This document shows positions 31,537 through 42,045 of a stretch of 64,000 bases of DNA, piece after piece; position 1 is the stretch's first letter, and each line of letters starts with the position of its first letter. This DNA is from Opitutales bacterium (GTDB lineage Bacteria; Verrucomicrobiota; Verrucomicrobiia; Opitutales; PNEW01). Position numbers and translations under genes: made by a program. Location of the stretch: contig CBDANS010000007.1 of NCBI GenBank assembly GCA_965197745.1, positions 1,280,001 to 1,344,000 on the forward strand, written 5' to 3'. Below the pieces are notes generated by a model, which did no database searches, had not been told where the DNA came from, and worked only from the letters and a program-made list of their open reading frames with translations.

Positions 31537-31682
31537 TGTCATCGCGAGGTTGCTGGTCAACCGTGGCTACCGAGTCCCGCGACTGCGGGCCGACATCTTA
31601 CATTCTAGGGGGCTGTCAATACGTGACCGGCATTCCCCTGGATTGCTTCGGCTCCCGCGGTTGCGGAATCCTCGCAATGACA
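31537..31682. repeat. Complete TGTCATCGCGAG palindromic element with a 34-bp micro-insert in the left arm (31568..31601)
   Basis: Homologous to the 29039 element (shared tgtcaatacgtgaccggcattccc core). Confidence 0.78.
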
Positions 31683-31774
31683 AAGGGAATCATAACCGCA
31701 ATCCGATATCCGAAATCCGCAATTGTACCACAGAGTTGACTAAAATTAATTAGCTTAAATGATGTTGCGATCTT

Positions 31775-33181
31775 TTGGAGGTCTTAATGGATAACCGATA
31801 TCTCGTTCTTGATTCACGTATAATCGAAAATACAGACAACGCGAAGCTGGCAGTTACGGCAGCGGAGAAGGACCTGAGAAACCCGCTGTTTGGCGAAGAT
31901 AATCCGTGGGAGAAACGTTATGACAATCTTTACGCGAATGTCCTGTATGACGAAGAGGACAAACTATTCAAATGCTGGTATAACCCATTTATTGTCGATC
32001 AATCTTCACACGGCATGAAGATTGAAGAGCGCCAGAAAAAAAAGTATAAGCCTCAGAAAGGCAGGGAGATGGGAGTTTGTTATGCCACCTCAGAGGACGG
32101 TATTGTTTGGAAAAGACCTGATTTAGGCCTGGTTGAATATGAGGGGAGCAGTAAGAACAATATTGTTTACCGCGGCCCTCACGGTTCAGGAGTGATCAAA
32201 GATCTCCGTGAAAAAGATGCGGCGAAGCGGTACAAAATATTTACCGCTTCAGGTCAAGCGAAGATGGCAGTGTCCTTTTCACCGGACGGCATTAAGTGGG
32301 GCCCGCTATCTCTATGTCCCGAGATCAATCCCTATCGCGTTGACGGCACGCATTACAATACCCTGTGGGTTGATGAGCTCGGTGAGTGGGTGGGTTATAC
32401 GCGTATGCGTGACAAGCAGGAAATCGGATCGGATCCAATGAAAAAACGGCATGGAGCCTGGCCGCCCCGCCAGGTTGGAAGAACCACTTCTAAAGATTAC
32501 CTCAATTGGACACAAGCGGTCCCGGTTATGGAGGGCTTGGACGAAAACCTGCAGATATACTCGATGCCGGTTTTCCGTCATGGAAACGTATTTCTCGGCC
32601 TTCCAGTTATCCACAACCAGAGAAGTGATCGGGCCTGGACCGAACTGGCGTGGAGTGCCGATACCGTTGACTGGCATCGTGTATGCCCCGGTTCTCCTCT
32701 GATTTCCAACAGCGATCCTGTCGGCAGCTATGACTGGGGCTGTTCCTATTCATCTGCTTACCCCATTCTTCTCGAAAATGAAATCCGTCTTTACTATGGC
32801 GCGAGCAACGGTCTGCATTTTGGATGGCGTGATGGATTTTTCTGCTTGGCGACTCTACGTCCCGATGGTTTTGCCGGTTACGAACAAAAATCCGCTAAGA
32901 AGCCGGCCGCGGTCACCTCCACTTCAGTTGAGTGTAGGGGAGGAGAGCTTCAGCTCAGTGCGGATGTTCAGAGCGTGGGGTCGGTGAAAGTGAAGTTATT
33001 CGATAGATCGAATGAGCAACTGCTCGCCGAGGGTGAACCCGTAGAAGAGTCGGTCACGGACGGCGTTGTGAAGTGGCAAAACGGGTTTTCAATAATTTCG
33101 GTCAAAGGTAGACCGGTGCGCGTGCAATTTATTATCAACGCAGCGAAACTCTATTCATTTGGTTTTGACCTTACAGTGTAA
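31775..33181 (+). CDS. Beta-propeller glycoside-hydrolase-like hypothetical protein
   Basis: CYATSEDGIVWKRP, SPDGIKW, LRPDGF, LYSF C-terminus. Confidence 0.65.
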   Translation: MEVLMDNRYLVLDSRIIENTDNAKLAVTAAEKDLRNPLFGEDNPWEKRYDNLYANVLYDEEDKLFKCWYNPFIVDQSSHGMKIEERQKKKYKPQKGREMGVCYATSEDGIVWKRPDLGLVEYEGSSKNNIVYRGPHGSGVIKDLREKDAAKRYKIFTASGQAKMAVSFSPDGIKWGPLSLCPEINPYRVDGTHYNTLWVDELGEWVGYTRMRDKQEIGSDPMKKRHGAWPPRQVGRTTSKDYLNWTQAVPVMEGLDENLQIYSMPVFRHGNVFLGLPVIHNQRSDRAWTELAWSADTVDWHRVCPGSPLISNSDPVGSYDWGCSYSSAYPILLENEIRLYYGASNGLHFGWRDGFFCLATLRPDGFAGYEQKSAKKPAAVTSTSVECRGGELQLSADVQSVGSVKVKLFDRSNEQLLAEGEPVEESVTDGVVKWQNGFSIISVKGRPVRVQFIINAAKLYSFGFDLTV

Positions 33182-33282
33182 AAAAATAATTGATTCTGGA
33201 TGTATGATCTCTGATGGCGCGATGGAAATTTTTTTTGATCAAGAAGTGTGAATGACATGGTTGTCAGCGCAATAAATTTAAA

Positions 33283-34665
33283 ATGGATCGTCCCAATATA
33301 ATATTCATATTCAGCGACCAGCAGCGATACAGGGCCATGGGCTGTAATGGTAACAGCGTAATTAAAACGCCACATCTCGACGCGCTTGCGGATAAGGGGA
33401 TAGTTTTGGATAATGCATTTTCCTCATGCCCCCTTTGCGCTCCCTATCGCGGCCAGTTAATGACCGGAAAATACTCCCATGCCAATGGGTGTATCGATAA
33501 TGAATACGAATTATTTCAAAACCAGGAAACACTTCCCATAGTTTTGGGGCGTGCCGGTTACCATACCGCTTACGTTGGAAAATGGCACCTGGGATATGGG
33601 CCCTATCCGCAAAGTAAAAGACATGGTTTTGATTACATGGCCGCAAACAATTGTGATCACAGACACAATGAAATTACCTACTATGAAAATGAATCAGGTC
33701 CGATTCTGATAGAAACCTGGGGGCCAATTGGGGAAACAGATCTGGCCTTAAAATTCATTGAGGATCATCAGAATAATTCAAGCAAAAACCCTTTCTGTCT
33801 CGTGCTCTCTTGGGGTCCGCCGCATTGGAGCGGCGGTGGCTATGATGAATATCCAGAGCAATTTGATATTTATAACCCTGAGAACGTTGACCTGCCGCCC
33901 AATGTTCCCGTGCAGATGGAAGCATTCGCGAGGAAAGAGATCGCGCATTACTATGGCAATATTACCGGACTTGACCACGAAGTGGGCAGGATAGGGGATT
34001 TTTTAAAAGAGAATGGCTTAGAGGAAAATACCATACTCTGTTTTAGCTCTGACCATGGAGATCATCTCAGCAGCCATGGCTACGGGAAACCGAGAGACAT
34101 GTGGCTCCACCCTTCAAAACGAGCGTCAAAGGCGACGCCCTTCGAGGAGTCTATTCACATTCCTTTTATTTTGCGCTATCCGGCGAAAGTAGGACCGGGT
34201 CAGCGATCACAGACCTTTTTCAGCAGTGTCGATATCATGCCCACGCTACTTGGCCTTGCCGGAGTTGCGCTGCCAGACGGAATACAGGGAACCGATCTTT
34301 CTCACACTGTGCTCGGTGAAGAAGGTTCGGAACCGGATTCGGTATATTTACAGATCCTGGGACCCGGATGGCCCCATCGAGGTGATTGGGTCGGGTTTTG
34401 GCGTGGGTTGCGCAACCAGCGCTGGGTCTACGCGCGGTGGTTGGGAAGTGAGGCTATATGGCTCTTTGATCGGGAAAACGATCCTTATGAATTGAAAAAT
34501 CTGGCCGGCGACCCGGAATACGCTGAGATACAGAAGCAGTTGGAGCAGCGCCTGCAACAGTGGATGAGAGAAACGGATGATCCATTTGAAATCGGTGGCC
34601 GCGATCCGGATACGGGAATACTTCAATTGGGGCAGTGCTTCACTCATGATAAGTACAAATACTAA
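33283..34665 (+). CDS. Sulfatase (S1, Cys-type formylglycine motif)
   Basis: PNIIFIFSDQ, CAPYR (CxPxR), GKWHLG, SDHG. Confidence 0.93.
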   Translation: MDRPNIIFIFSDQQRYRAMGCNGNSVIKTPHLDALADKGIVLDNAFSSCPLCAPYRGQLMTGKYSHANGCIDNEYELFQNQETLPIVLGRAGYHTAYVGKWHLGYGPYPQSKRHGFDYMAANNCDHRHNEITYYENESGPILIETWGPIGETDLALKFIEDHQNNSSKNPFCLVLSWGPPHWSGGGYDEYPEQFDIYNPENVDLPPNVPVQMEAFARKEIAHYYGNITGLDHEVGRIGDFLKENGLEENTILCFSSDHGDHLSSHGYGKPRDMWLHPSKRASKATPFEESIHIPFILRYPAKVGPGQRSQTFFSSVDIMPTLLGLAGVALPDGIQGTDLSHTVLGEEGSEPDSVYLQILGPGWPHRGDWVGFWRGLRNQRWVYARWLGSEAIWLFDRENDPYELKNLAGDPEYAEIQKQLEQRLQQWMRETDDPFEIGGRDPDTGILQLGQCFTHDKYKY

Positions 34666-34751
34666 ACAGGCAGTGCTGACATACCATTACCGCGAATTTC
34701 TATTCATTTGGCTTTGACCTCACTGATTAAATCTTAAAATAAATTAAACAC

Positions 34752-35663
34752 ATGATGCTTAACCAGGAAGAAATGGACCGCTATGACCGGGATGGTTATC
34801 TGGTTTTACGTAATGTCCTTGACCGTGCAGTGCTCGAACCCTTGCGCCAGTCGATCAACGATTTTGTCGAAGAACAAATCATGGAGTTGCATGCGGTTGG
34901 AAAAATAAGCGACCCACACAGTGATGCTCCTTTTGAGACGCGCTGGGCGATAGTATGCCGGGAGAATTCGCTGCAGGAGGGCGAAAACAGCGTTCAACAA
35001 TGGGGAGCTGGTAGCGGCCTTCTCAACGAGACTATCTACTCCCTGCTAGTCGAGCGACGACTGACCGACATCATTGCTTCAATCCTCGGTCCTGAAGTCT
35101 GGGCACATGGTGACTACTGGATCCGACCCAAGGTTCCCACTGACCCGATTACCACGCTCGCGTGGCATCAGGACAGCAACTATTACCTCGGCAAGGGGGA
35201 CAGTGACGACTATGAAGGTGATATAACAGCGACTCAGGGGAAAGTGCTTACGGCTTGGGTCCCGTTTGTCGACGTCAATGAGCACAACGGTTGTCTCAAG
35301 CTCGTTCGCGGCAGTCATCGCCATGGATCCGTTGCAGCCCGAAGAAACGCGCTGAAGCAATGGACCCCCATTAAAAACATTACGGAATATGGGACCGTGG
35401 CCAGCGAAGCGATGAAAGTCGGTGATATACTCATATTTAACAATTTGACTCTGCACGCGTCGGGTAACAATGACTCCGGCCATATCCGCTGGAACATTGA
35501 TTTACGTTATTCGACGACTGGCCAAGCCGTTGATTGGCATAAATTGGGAGATGAACTGGATGCAAGATTTCCAGGTTTCGTTGCTCGCAGCGACGACCCC
35601 GCAAAAGTCATGGGTTGGGAACAATGGCAAGACAAGTGGAACATCAGGCTTGCTGCTAAGTAA
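34752..35663 (+). CDS. Phytanoyl-CoA dioxygenase family protein
   Basis: DGYLVLRNV, WHQDS, NGCL..GSH, TLHAS. Confidence 0.9.
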   Translation: MMLNQEEMDRYDRDGYLVLRNVLDRAVLEPLRQSINDFVEEQIMELHAVGKISDPHSDAPFETRWAIVCRENSLQEGENSVQQWGAGSGLLNETIYSLLVERRLTDIIASILGPEVWAHGDYWIRPKVPTDPITTLAWHQDSNYYLGKGDSDDYEGDITATQGKVLTAWVPFVDVNEHNGCLKLVRGSHRHGSVAARRNALKQWTPIKNITEYGTVASEAMKVGDILIFNNLTLHASGNNDSGHIRWNIDLRYSTTGQAVDWHKLGDELDARFPGFVARSDDPAKVMGWEQWQDKWNIRLAAK

Positions 35664-35670
35664 TTGTTTT

Positions 35671-36516
35671 ATGTCAGACAAATCGCGCTGGAGGCTTCGC
35701 ATCGAAAACAATTGCCTCTTTGTCGATGACGTATCAAACGGCAAGGTGACGCTGCAGCACAATGCGCGTCCCGGTCTTCGACCTTACATTCACCCGCTGC
35801 GTATGCGGGGAGGTGGCGCCTGTTTGACCGAGGACAGCCCGGGGCACCATCCCTGGCAGCATGGCATCCAGACCGGTTTTCACGGTGTCAACGGCTGTGA
35901 CTTCTGGTTCGATCCCGGACAGCGACCCGAAGAGGTGACCGGTACGATTGAACCCAACGCACCTCTGGTCACGAGCGCGGAACCGCCATCTTGGAATATC
36001 GAAGCGATATGGCGGCATGCGGATGGCAGTGACCTCCTGGCAGAGCGGCAGAGTTGGTCCCTGCTCGAGGGTGACGCACTACTGATTTTAGATCTGGACT
36101 GGACGCTTCAAGCTATCCCCGACGTAGAAATTGAACAACACGCCTACGGAGGCCTCTTTATCCGGATGCCATTCCAGCAGAGCAGCGGGGGTGATGTTAT
36201 CAACGCTGTCGGCCTGTGAGACGACGATACTGAACAGCAGGCAGCAGCCTGGGTCGACCTGCACATGCCTCTAGAGAATAGCGAGAATGGCGCCGGCATC
36301 ACGGTCTGTGATCATCCCGAGAATCCCAATCACCCCGCGCACTGGCGCGTGGACTTTCAGCGTGGGATCAACCCTGCACCCTGCATCCCGGGCGCCATCG
36401 AGCTGCCAGCCGGAGCTGCGTTGCAGCTCCGCTACCGTCTGATCCTGCACAACGAGCTACTTTCACCTGAACATATAAACAAACTATGGACTACCTATGC
36501 GGCTATCAGGTTTTAA
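35671..36516 (+). pseudogene. DUF6807/PmoA-like family protein interrupted by an in-frame TGA at 36217..36219
   Basis: RPYIHPL, HPWQHG, YGGLFIRMP, DHPENP motifs; frame continues GL*DDDTEQQAAAWVDL into ORF 36265. Confidence 0.75.
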
Positions 36517-36670
36517 GTTTTATGTGTTAGGTTTTAAGTTTTATGTGTTAGGTTTTAGGTTGGGAAGTTTCCGTTTTGGAAGATGTCGTTCGGCGAATGC
36601 GGAACTCGGAACCGGCTTTTCGAGCCTCTCTTCCTTTTTGACATTTTGACCTTTTGACCTTTTGACTTTC
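36508..36670. repeat. Short tandem 7-mer and 8-mer arrays
   Basis: (ggttttaagttttatgtgtta)x2 and (cttttgac)-type units. Confidence 0.7.
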
Positions 36671-36689
36671 CTGAAAGGAAAATAATACC

Positions 36690-37712
36690 ATGAGATCTGT
36701 TATCTGTGTTAACGAACGATTTGATGCCATATGGCCTTTCGCTGCTGATTACTGGAACGAGCGCTGGCAGGAGAATGGAGGTTGCGAATTTTATCGCACT
36801 GAAGATCCGGATGCGCGCGCACCTCAACTCGTGTCGGACCCCGCTTCAGTGCAGCGATTAGTGCTTCTCGGTCTTTCTTCGGATCCCGAGGATCTCGATC
36901 CTTTTGCCGCACTCAAGGAGTGTTACCATGAATCCCAATCCTACCCTGAATCCCAATTTAAATTATCTGCCAGGGGAATTAAAGAGGCAACTGCTCGCGG
37001 GGTGAGCTTTATTCCCCATCGGGTCGATGTTTATTGGGGACAATCGGTCTCCGAATTTGCCCTCGCATTGACCCTCTGCGCGCTTCGCCGGATACCCCAG
37101 ACTTACGCGGCGATGAAAGAAAGTCTTGAACCCTGGGACTACATGCCGGCGGTGGGAAAACCAGGGCAGCGCGGCGCACAATTTGGAGATGACATCCGGT
37201 TTACCAATGGGACACTTGCTGGAAAACGTGTGCGCGTAGTTGGTGCGGGAAACATCGGAGCACGTTATTCATCCTTTTGCACGGCGCTGGGTGCCCAAGT
37301 GGCAATATGGGATCCATTCGCGCCCGATGCCTCTTTCGTTGTCTCCGGTGCCGAACGCTGCTTCCATTTATCCGAGTTGGTGAAAGACTCAGAAATCTTT
37401 GTGACTATGGTTCCGCTCAAAGATGATACTCGCGGGTTGGTCACCGCCGAGTTGATTGATGCGTTGCCCCACGGGAGTCTGGTTGTGCAGGCAACACGGG
37501 CTGCGGTCTGCGATACCGACGCGCTCTATCGACGTGTTTTGAACAATGAGCTTTCTCTTGCTGCCGATGTTTTTAAACCCGAACCCGTGGCTCTCGATTC
37601 CCCTTTGCTCGGTCGGGACAACGTGGTGCACACACCGCATAATGCCGGGCGAACAATCGATGCGAATCATGCCTGGGTGGACGACTTAATCTCACGATTC
37701 AGACCCCGTTAA
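36690..37712 (+). CDS. D-isomer 2-hydroxyacid dehydrogenase family protein
   Basis: VVGAGNIG, ADVFKPEP, TPHNAG. Confidence 0.85.
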   Translation: MRSVICVNERFDAIWPFAADYWNERWQENGGCEFYRTEDPDARAPQLVSDPASVQRLVLLGLSSDPEDLDPFAALKECYHESQSYPESQFKLSARGIKEATARGVSFIPHRVDVYWGQSVSEFALALTLCALRRIPQTYAAMKESLEPWDYMPAVGKPGQRGAQFGDDIRFTNGTLAGKRVRVVGAGNIGARYSSFCTALGAQVAIWDPFAPDASFVVSGAERCFHLSELVKDSEIFVTMVPLKDDTRGLVTAELIDALPHGSLVVQATRAAVCDTDALYRRVLNNELSLAADVFKPEPVALDSPLLGRDNVVHTPHNAGRTIDANHAWVDDLISRFRPR

Positions 37713-37722
37713 TGAGAGGAAA

Positions 37723-38583
37723 TTGATTATGTCAATTTTAAGTCCTGAGGAAGCATTGTGCAAACGTGATGAACTGGTAGACCTGGGGTTCACCATAGTG
37801 CCGGGTATGATGCCTGAAGCTTTGCTCAAAGAATTAAGCGACTGGTCAGATGTTCATTTACCGAAGATTAAGATTGATGATAGGATTCGCTATCAGGGTA
37901 GCGATATTTTTGTATTTACAGAGCGCCATTGGGAAAAAACAAATGGTAAACCCATGAAGGGTGATCATCCTCACTTCAAAGATCCGATTGCCGAAAAGGT
38001 GATTGATATGCCCTCCCAACTGGAAGTCTGCAATCAGCTTGGCTTGGAAGATCTTAAATCCGACGATTCTCTCATTATTTTATCCAAGCCCGGTCATGGC
38101 CCGCCGCTTTATTGGCATCAGGATTTTATGAACTGGAATAGCGCGGAAGCGGCCACCCCCTGGCCCACGAAAATATTTTTATCCTATTACCTCACGGATA
38201 CGAATCGGGAAAATGGATGCCTGCGGGTTATTCCCGGCAGTCATCGCAAGCGACATCAATTACACGACATTTTACCCGATGCCCATGATGCCGAACTCCA
38301 GGCTATCGATGATCTCTCCCATCCTGCCTTTGCCAACTATCCCGATTCCATCGATGTACCGCTGAAGGCGGGAGATCTTATTATCGCTGACGCGCGTCTC
38401 ATGCACTCTGCTTGGGCTAATCAAACTTCAGAGCGCCGAACTTTGCTCTTGGCCTGGCACGATGTTTTTCGCTTTCCCAAACCCCCAAGTTGGTGGACGC
38501 GCGCTGTCTCGGATAGTGTAAAAAACGCTGATCCCAACGCCCAGTATGAGCGCTCCCGAACGCCGACTCACTATATTGAATAA
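37723..38583 (+). CDS. Phytanoyl-CoA dioxygenase family protein
   Basis: WHQD, ENGCLRVIPGSH, LMHSA. Confidence 0.9.
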   Translation: MIMSILSPEEALCKRDELVDLGFTIVPGMMPEALLKELSDWSDVHLPKIKIDDRIRYQGSDIFVFTERHWEKTNGKPMKGDHPHFKDPIAEKVIDMPSQLEVCNQLGLEDLKSDDSLIILSKPGHGPPLYWHQDFMNWNSAEAATPWPTKIFLSYYLTDTNRENGCLRVIPGSHRKRHQLHDILPDAHDAELQAIDDLSHPAFANYPDSIDVPLKAGDLIIADARLMHSAWANQTSERRTLLLAWHDVFRFPKPPSWWTRAVSDSVKNADPNAQYERSRTPTHYIE

Positions 38584-38616
38584 TGTATACTCCCGAAATA
38601 CTTCGAAGTTAAGCCC

Positions 38617-39411
38617 ATGTCGAAAGCAGGATTACGCCAATTAACTGAAGATCAGTTGTTTTCATTTATTATAAACGGCTTTCTTATCGTCGAGGATGTC
38701 CTATCGAAGGACGAAGTTAATGTGCTGTCAGAACGATGCGATATGATTGCCGCCGGTGAAGCAGATCATATCCCCGAAACCAGTCTTCAGCTTGAGCCGG
38801 TATTTCGCGAGGGTGAAAAGCCAGTTGAAAATCAAGTTCTCTCAACACGTAAATTGTTCAACATAGCAGTTTACGACCCAGTGATGTGGCAACATGTAGT
38901 GCATCCTAAAATTGTCGCCATTATTTCTGATCTGCTGAGCAGTGATGATATAAAATTGTACGGGGATCAATTATTTATGAAACCGCCGGAAGTGGGAACC
39001 GAAGTGCCCTGGCACCAGGATTCGGCATCGTGGCGCGATATTTTCCCCATGGAGTTGGTCAGTGCCTGGACCGCTATTGATGAAGCGACCGAAGAAAACG
39101 GCTGTCTCAGTTATATACCGGGCACACATCGCTGGGGAATGATGCATAAGGATAAAGTGAAATGGTTTTCATCGGATTTTGGCAGTGATCAATGGCCCGT
39201 CATCGCAGCAACCCTGAAACCGGGTAGTATTAGTTTTCACCATAGTTTAACGCTTCATCACACCAGTGCTAATCTCTCGGGCAAACGACGGCGTGGGTAC
39301 TCGGTTCATTATATGCGCGCCACCTCGAGAAAGGATGAAACGGTCACCGACGCGCCGAAGATGCCGCCGTTTAAGCAGGTGTGTGGCCGATCTTTCGAAG
39401 ATTGCGTGTAA
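38617..39411 (+). CDS. Phytanoyl-CoA dioxygenase family protein
   Basis: FMKPP, WHQDS, ENGCL..PGTH, TLHH..N. Confidence 0.92.
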   Translation: MSKAGLRQLTEDQLFSFIINGFLIVEDVLSKDEVNVLSERCDMIAAGEADHIPETSLQLEPVFREGEKPVENQVLSTRKLFNIAVYDPVMWQHVVHPKIVAIISDLLSSDDIKLYGDQLFMKPPEVGTEVPWHQDSASWRDIFPMELVSAWTAIDEATEENGCLSYIPGTHRWGMMHKDKVKWFSSDFGSDQWPVIAATLKPGSISFHHSLTLHHTSANLSGKRRRGYSVHYMRATSRKDETVTDAPKMPPFKQVCGRSFEDCV

Positions 39412-39447
39412 TGGGTTGTTCTATTTAGCAGACAAATGAATAACTGA

Positions 39448-40995
39448 GTGAACAGTTCTCATAAGTTCTATGTTGACGAGAGTGTCTTGCTCCTTGATGA
39501 GACATTGATCGAGGAGGAGAGCGGTATCAAAAGGGAAGTCCAGCCGGGACGGACGATTCCTTTTATCATGGAACCTGACAAAGATAAAGCCTGGGAGTAT
39601 TGCGGTCCGGGGATGAGCAAGCGAATCCACCTTTACGGCACAACACTTTACGACGACCTGGTGGGAAAATACCGGATGTGGTACTTCGGTCGTATGGGCC
39701 CTCACTGGCGCGCGCCCGCTTGCAACTATCAGATACCTGAACTCTTTGTTCCCCGCACCGACGAAAAACCCTATAACTGCAACGGGGTGACAGAGGACAA
39801 GTACGGGAGATCCTTTGTCGACAACGACCGGGGCGATCTGACCTTGTATGCCGAGAGTGATGATGGCATCAACTGGGTAAAACCCAAACTGGGTATCTTC
39901 ACTTTCAATGGAAACGCAGACAATAATATCATTTGGGATTTTCACGGCGCTTCGGTGTTTATTGACCGGAAGGAAAAGGACCCTGACAAAAGGTACAAAG
40001 CGATCGGTTTTTGCCGGCGCTACCGCAATATATTTTTGATCACTTCTCCCGATGGTATTCATTGGGATGACAAGGAAAATGTCGAACCCGTGTCACGGCG
40101 CGGCAATGAGGGGTCCTTCAATGTGATCTATGATTCGAGGGGTCATGTCTTCCGGGCCTATTCGATCGTGCGGTTTAATGATAAAGATAAAAGAAGGGTG
40201 ATCTGTTACACCGAGAGTCCTTCCCTGGAAGGTCCCTGGAAGGAGCCGCAACCGATGCTCGAACCGAACAGCTGGGACGATGAAATCGCGCGCAGGAATT
40301 ACAAGGCTCTGCGCGCTGAGTTTCACAACATGTCTGCCTTTCTCTACAATAATATTTATTTTGGATTACTGGGTGTTCTGTATGTGACCGCAGAGCAGAT
40401 ACCCAACGAGGAAAACCAGATGCCCTGTGACGGTCCCATTGATTCGCAGATAGTCTACAGCCGCGACGGCATCAGTTGGGAGCGCGCCGATAGAAATGGG
40501 ACGGCGGCAATACCTCGAGGTGGCGAAGATGCATTTGACCAGGGGATGATCCTCGGAGTAGCCAAAGAGCCGATTAGCGAGGGAGACGAGATTCACTGGT
40601 ATTACACCGGCTGTGAGCACACGCATGGCGAAGCCAACATGGAAAAGCGCGTTAAAAGGTTGGGGCGCGCGACCTGGCAGAGAGATCGATTTGTCGCGTT
40701 GTGTGCAAAAGAAGACGGTATGATTGCGACCAAGACTTTGTTCCCCCCAGAGGGTACCAATAGTCTGGAGGTAAACGCCGATGCCTCAGGCGGTCAATTG
40801 TCAGTTGAACTTTGCGACGCGGAGGGTAGGGTCTTGGACGACTTTTCAAAGGATGATTGTGTGCCGTTGAACAGCGATGAGTTGCGATGGCTGCTTAAAT
40901 GGAATAAAGGTGATCTTGCGGCTGTCAAAGGCGCGGTGAAATTACGGTTTATCCTCAATGGAGCAAAAGTTTACAGTTTTACATTCTGTAAATAG
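39448..40995 (+). CDS. Beta-propeller glycoside-hydrolase-like hypothetical protein
   Basis: YRMWY, YAESDDGINWVKP, SRDGISW, RDRFV, YSF. Confidence 0.65.
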   Translation: MNSSHKFYVDESVLLLDETLIEEESGIKREVQPGRTIPFIMEPDKDKAWEYCGPGMSKRIHLYGTTLYDDLVGKYRMWYFGRMGPHWRAPACNYQIPELFVPRTDEKPYNCNGVTEDKYGRSFVDNDRGDLTLYAESDDGINWVKPKLGIFTFNGNADNNIIWDFHGASVFIDRKEKDPDKRYKAIGFCRRYRNIFLITSPDGIHWDDKENVEPVSRRGNEGSFNVIYDSRGHVFRAYSIVRFNDKDKRRVICYTESPSLEGPWKEPQPMLEPNSWDDEIARRNYKALRAEFHNMSAFLYNNIYFGLLGVLYVTAEQIPNEENQMPCDGPIDSQIVYSRDGISWERADRNGTAAIPRGGEDAFDQGMILGVAKEPISEGDEIHWYYTGCEHTHGEANMEKRVKRLGRATWQRDRFVALCAKEDGMIATKTLFPPEGTNSLEVNADASGGQLSVELCDAEGRVLDDFSKDDCVPLNSDELRWLLKWNKGDLAAVKGAVKLRFILNGAKVYSFTFCK

Positions 40996-41064
40996 AAAAT
41001 AGAAAATGAAGGGAGACTCAGAAACCGTGCGCAGAGATATACATTTCGGTATCCGATATATTAA

Positions 41065-41979
41065 GTGGACATCATGGCACCACTAAACCAATCACAAGTA
41101 GACGCCTACCGGGACCAGGGCTTTCTAATTATGCGGCAGTGTATTAATCCTGATGATTTGTCATCCGCTCGCGTGCTAATTGACGAGCTCGTGGACAGGC
41201 ACGCTAGCGAACTCTACCGCGCAGGAAAAATTTCCTCCCTACATGAAGGAGAGTCGTTTGAGCGTCGCATGGTTGTCATTAATGAGGAAGCTGGGTTCAA
41301 AACTAGAAATTGGGATGTAACAGAGGTGTCCGATTCCCCGGAACTGTACCCTCTCATCCTTCACCCGGTGATCCTTGACACAGTCGAGTCACTGCTTGGA
41401 TCCGAAATTGCATGGACGGGTAGCTATGCCGCCAGACCAAAGATACCACAACATGAGTTGACTGCTTTCCCATGGCATCAGGATAGCCAATATTACGGCG
41501 CGCCGACTCAACAACTGCATGTGGTGAGTGTATGGATACCGCTGGTTGATGCGGATGAGCACAATGGTTGTCTTTACCTCATACCGGGCAGCCATAAATG
41601 GGGTTTACTCAATGGCGAACGCGGTGCGGATAGGAATATACGCACTTTCGAGGATGTGGAAAAAAAGGGGGAGCCGATAGCTTTGCCTATGAGAGTGGGT
41701 GATATTCTCTTCTTTACCAATCTAACTTGCCATACGAGCAAGCTCAATTCCTCTGACAAGGTGCGTTGGAGTGTGGACTTGCGTTATATCGTGCCTCCCG
41801 AGGCAGAAGCGCTGACCGAACACGAGCAGAAAGGTTATGACACGCTCAATGATCACTATATGATGTCAACCATCACCGTTCGCAGTCGTCAGCGGGAGAA
41901 GATCGCGAGCATACAGCAACTGAAGGAATACGTTACCCGGCGCATTGAGCTGTTGACAGAATCCAGGAGAAAATCATGA
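41065..41979 (+). CDS. Phytanoyl-CoA dioxygenase family protein
   Basis: WHQDS, NGCLYLIPGSH, TCH, RWSVDLRY. Confidence 0.9.
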   Translation: MDIMAPLNQSQVDAYRDQGFLIMRQCINPDDLSSARVLIDELVDRHASELYRAGKISSLHEGESFERRMVVINEEAGFKTRNWDVTEVSDSPELYPLILHPVILDTVESLLGSEIAWTGSYAARPKIPQHELTAFPWHQDSQYYGAPTQQLHVVSVWIPLVDADEHNGCLYLIPGSHKWGLLNGERGADRNIRTFEDVEKKGEPIALPMRVGDILFFTNLTCHTSKLNSSDKVRWSVDLRYIVPPEAEALTEHEQKGYDTLNDHYMMSTITVRSRQREKIASIQQLKEYVTRRIELLTESRRKS

Positions 41980-42045
41980 AACGGGTGTCGAGTGTCCGTG
42001 AGATGTAATAAAGCGGGCCCTCAGGTAGGAAATACTACTTATTAA

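Noticed and set aside
36217..36219. Selenocysteine or alternative genetic code for the in-frame TGA
   Set aside because: The context is not a Cys/redox motif, I see no convincing SECIS-like hairpin, and TGA ends many genes here; CGA>TGA nonsense is simpler.
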